Shown here piece after piece: positions 62,918-64,000 of a stretch of 64,000 nt of DNA. The number at the start of each line of letters is the position of its first letter. Position 1 is the stretch's first letter. Both the position numbers and the translations under genes were made by a program. The notes below the pieces were generated by a model, which had not been told where the DNA came from, did no database searches, and saw nothing but the letters and a program-made list of their open reading frames with translations. The stretch is from NCBI GenBank assembly GCA_020248265.1, contig JADCHX010000004.1, forward strand, positions 28,183 to 92,182. The letters are read 5' to 3'. This stretch comes from Rhodocyclaceae bacterium. GTDB lineage: Bacteria; Pseudomonadota; Gammaproteobacteria; Burkholderiales; CAIKXV01.

Positions 62918-62931
62918 GAGGGCACGCCCTC
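62918..62931. terminator. Short GC hairpin (GAGGGC-AC-GCCCTC) between convergent genes; possible bidirectional terminator
   Basis: An inverted repeat seen in the 23-nt gap between the stops at 62906 and 62930. No U-tract. Confidence 0.25.
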
Positions 62932-63961
62932 AGTCGAATGCCGCGACCATTTCGATCAGCTTCTGCGAAGGCGGGCCGTAGCTGACCACCCGCACGTCGA
63001 GTGCGCGATCTTCGAGCCGCCGAAGCGCCCGTTGCATCGCCGAGAGGATCCACGCCTCGTCGTTCCGGAACACGCCGCCGCCGAGGCTGGTCAGCAGTAC
63101 CTTGCACGAGCCGCCGGCCTGCGCCCGCGCGAGCGCCGCGCACAGCGTCGCTTCGTAGGCGGCTTCGAGCACCAGCGTCGCGAACGACCGCCAGAGGCTC
63201 GGCGCCTGGTCTTTGCAATAACCGACCGGCAGTGCCGAACAGAACGCCTGCGATACCACGGGCCGTGTGCCCGCTGCCGGTGCGCCTGGCGGTGCGTCGG
63301 TCACTTCGACATCGTGGTGCACGCCGATGCACAGCGCGCTGCGCAACCGGTCGATCGCCGCCTCGTCGAGCGTGCCCAGGCAGGTCGCGATCGCCTCGAG
63401 GCCCTCGCGCGTGCAGAGCGCGTAGCCGTTGCGCATCTTCCAGAGCGCATCGATCGGCAGACCGGTCGCATCCGCCAGTGCGGCGCCCAGCGGCGCCAGT
63501 CCGTCGAGCTGCCGGTGCCGGGTCTGCCCGACCTGAGTCCCGACCGGTGCGAAGTAGTTGCGGTAGATCGTGGCTGCCCCGGCAGCGATCGCGCAGGCCG
63601 GCCCCTGGGTGAGGTCGCCCGCGTACCGCGTGACGCCGGCGTCGGGCGTGACATCCGGACCCACCATCTCGAGCAGGTTGAACTGCGACGCCACCTGGAA
63701 CAGCGCGCCGGCGTTCTCCGGTGCCTGATGCAGGTCGCGGACGTTGCCGCGGACGATGCCGACCTTCAGGCGACCTTGCAGCGCGGCCTGGCTCGCGGTG
63801 CGTTCGCGCAGCGCCTGCAGCGATACGAGTTCGAGCGTGCCGATGTCGTAGGCCGCACCGTTGATGCGCGAGCGCAGGGTCGTGCCGACCACTTCGAGGT
63901 TGGCCTGCGTCTGCGCGTAGGTCGATTCGCGGAAGCCGGTGAGGCGTTCGAACCAGTCCAT
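62930..63961 (-). CDS. Hypothetical protein (343 aa) with macro/bacterial-PARG (TIGR02452/DUF2263)-like motifs
   Basis: ALFQVASQFNLLE..DLTQGPACA and VLLTSLGGGVFRNDEAW resemble the xNFASxxN and GCGVFGNDP signatures of microbial PARG-like macro folds. The assignment is by eye only. Confidence 0.55.
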   Translation of the reverse strand: MDWFERLTGFRESTYAQTQANLEVVGTTLRSRINGAAYDIGTLELVSLQALRERTASQAALQGRLKVGIVRGNVRDLHQAPENAGALFQVASQFNLLEMVGPDVTPDAGVTRYAGDLTQGPACAIAAGAATIYRNYFAPVGTQVGQTRHRQLDGLAPLGAALADATGLPIDALWKMRNGYALCTREGLEAIATCLGTLDEAAIDRLRSALCIGVHHDVEVTDAPPGAPAAGTRPVVSQAFCSALPVGYCKDQAPSLWRSFATLVLEAAYEATLCAALARAQAGGSCKVLLTSLGGGVFRNDEAWILSAMQRALRRLEDRALDVRVVSYGPPSQKLIEMVAAFD

Positions 63962-64000
63962 GTGAGGTCGCTTTCCGGTGAATGGTCGTGCGCGGCGAGG

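Noticed and set aside
1-64000. Search for CRISPR arrays, rRNA/tRNA genes, IS elements, integrases, prophage genes and large direct or inverted repeats
   Set aside because: None were seen by eye. The repeats are limited to the short elements reported (8-mers at 39.3 kb, 12-mers at 6.1 kb, 17-mers at 50 kb, hipB operators). The accessory patches therefore lack recognisable mobility genes within this window.

Overview
The window is a very GC-rich proteobacterial chromosomal segment with about 60 genes. Its gene content looks Burkholderiales-like, for example Bordetella, Cupriavidus or Variovorax. I found no rRNA, tRNA, CRISPR array, transposase or integrase. All calls come from reading the supplied ORF translations and the DNA by eye; no database search was run.

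Main content:

1. **Bug/TctC paralogues.** There are ten substrate-binding protein genes of the Bug/TctC family and no TctA/TctB membrane partners.
2. **Sigma-54-controlled catabolic cluster (about 10.2-33.4 kb).** An enhancer-binding protein sits in a short minus-strand operon with family III CoA-transferases. It is divergent from an approximately 18-kb plus-strand gene array. That array encodes a CoA-transferase, crotonases, an acyl-CoA ligase, an acyl-CoA dehydrogenase, hydroxyacyl-CoA dehydrogenases, SDRs, flavoproteins and an arylmalonate-decarboxylase-like enzyme. A near-consensus -24/-12 promoter and GGACAC palindromes lie in the divergent region.
3. **Split nitrile-hydratase-like enzyme (4.6-6.1 kb).** It has three subunits with a CTLCSC Co-type centre, next to an ECF sigma factor and an anti-sigma factor with two ZAS motifs.
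4. **Accessory-looking patches.**
   - An 1,836-aa transglutaminase-like / SF1 helicase / Vsr-type nuclease protein. It has 8-nt tandem repeats in its first 20 codons and abuts a degraded cupin gene.
   - A LuxR / 750-aa protein / LysR / unknown / frameshifted nuclease locus. The 750-aa protein looks like a lectin-like beta-sandwich fused to an Fe-S UDG-superfamily glycosylase with a MUG-like GINP motif.
   - A hipBA module with three 50-bp-phased operators. It is divergent from an operon ending in a dual-specificity phosphatase and convergent with a PARG/macro-like gene.
   - vapBC and LpoB-like remnants.

The many long ORFs antisense to these genes are high-GC artefacts.
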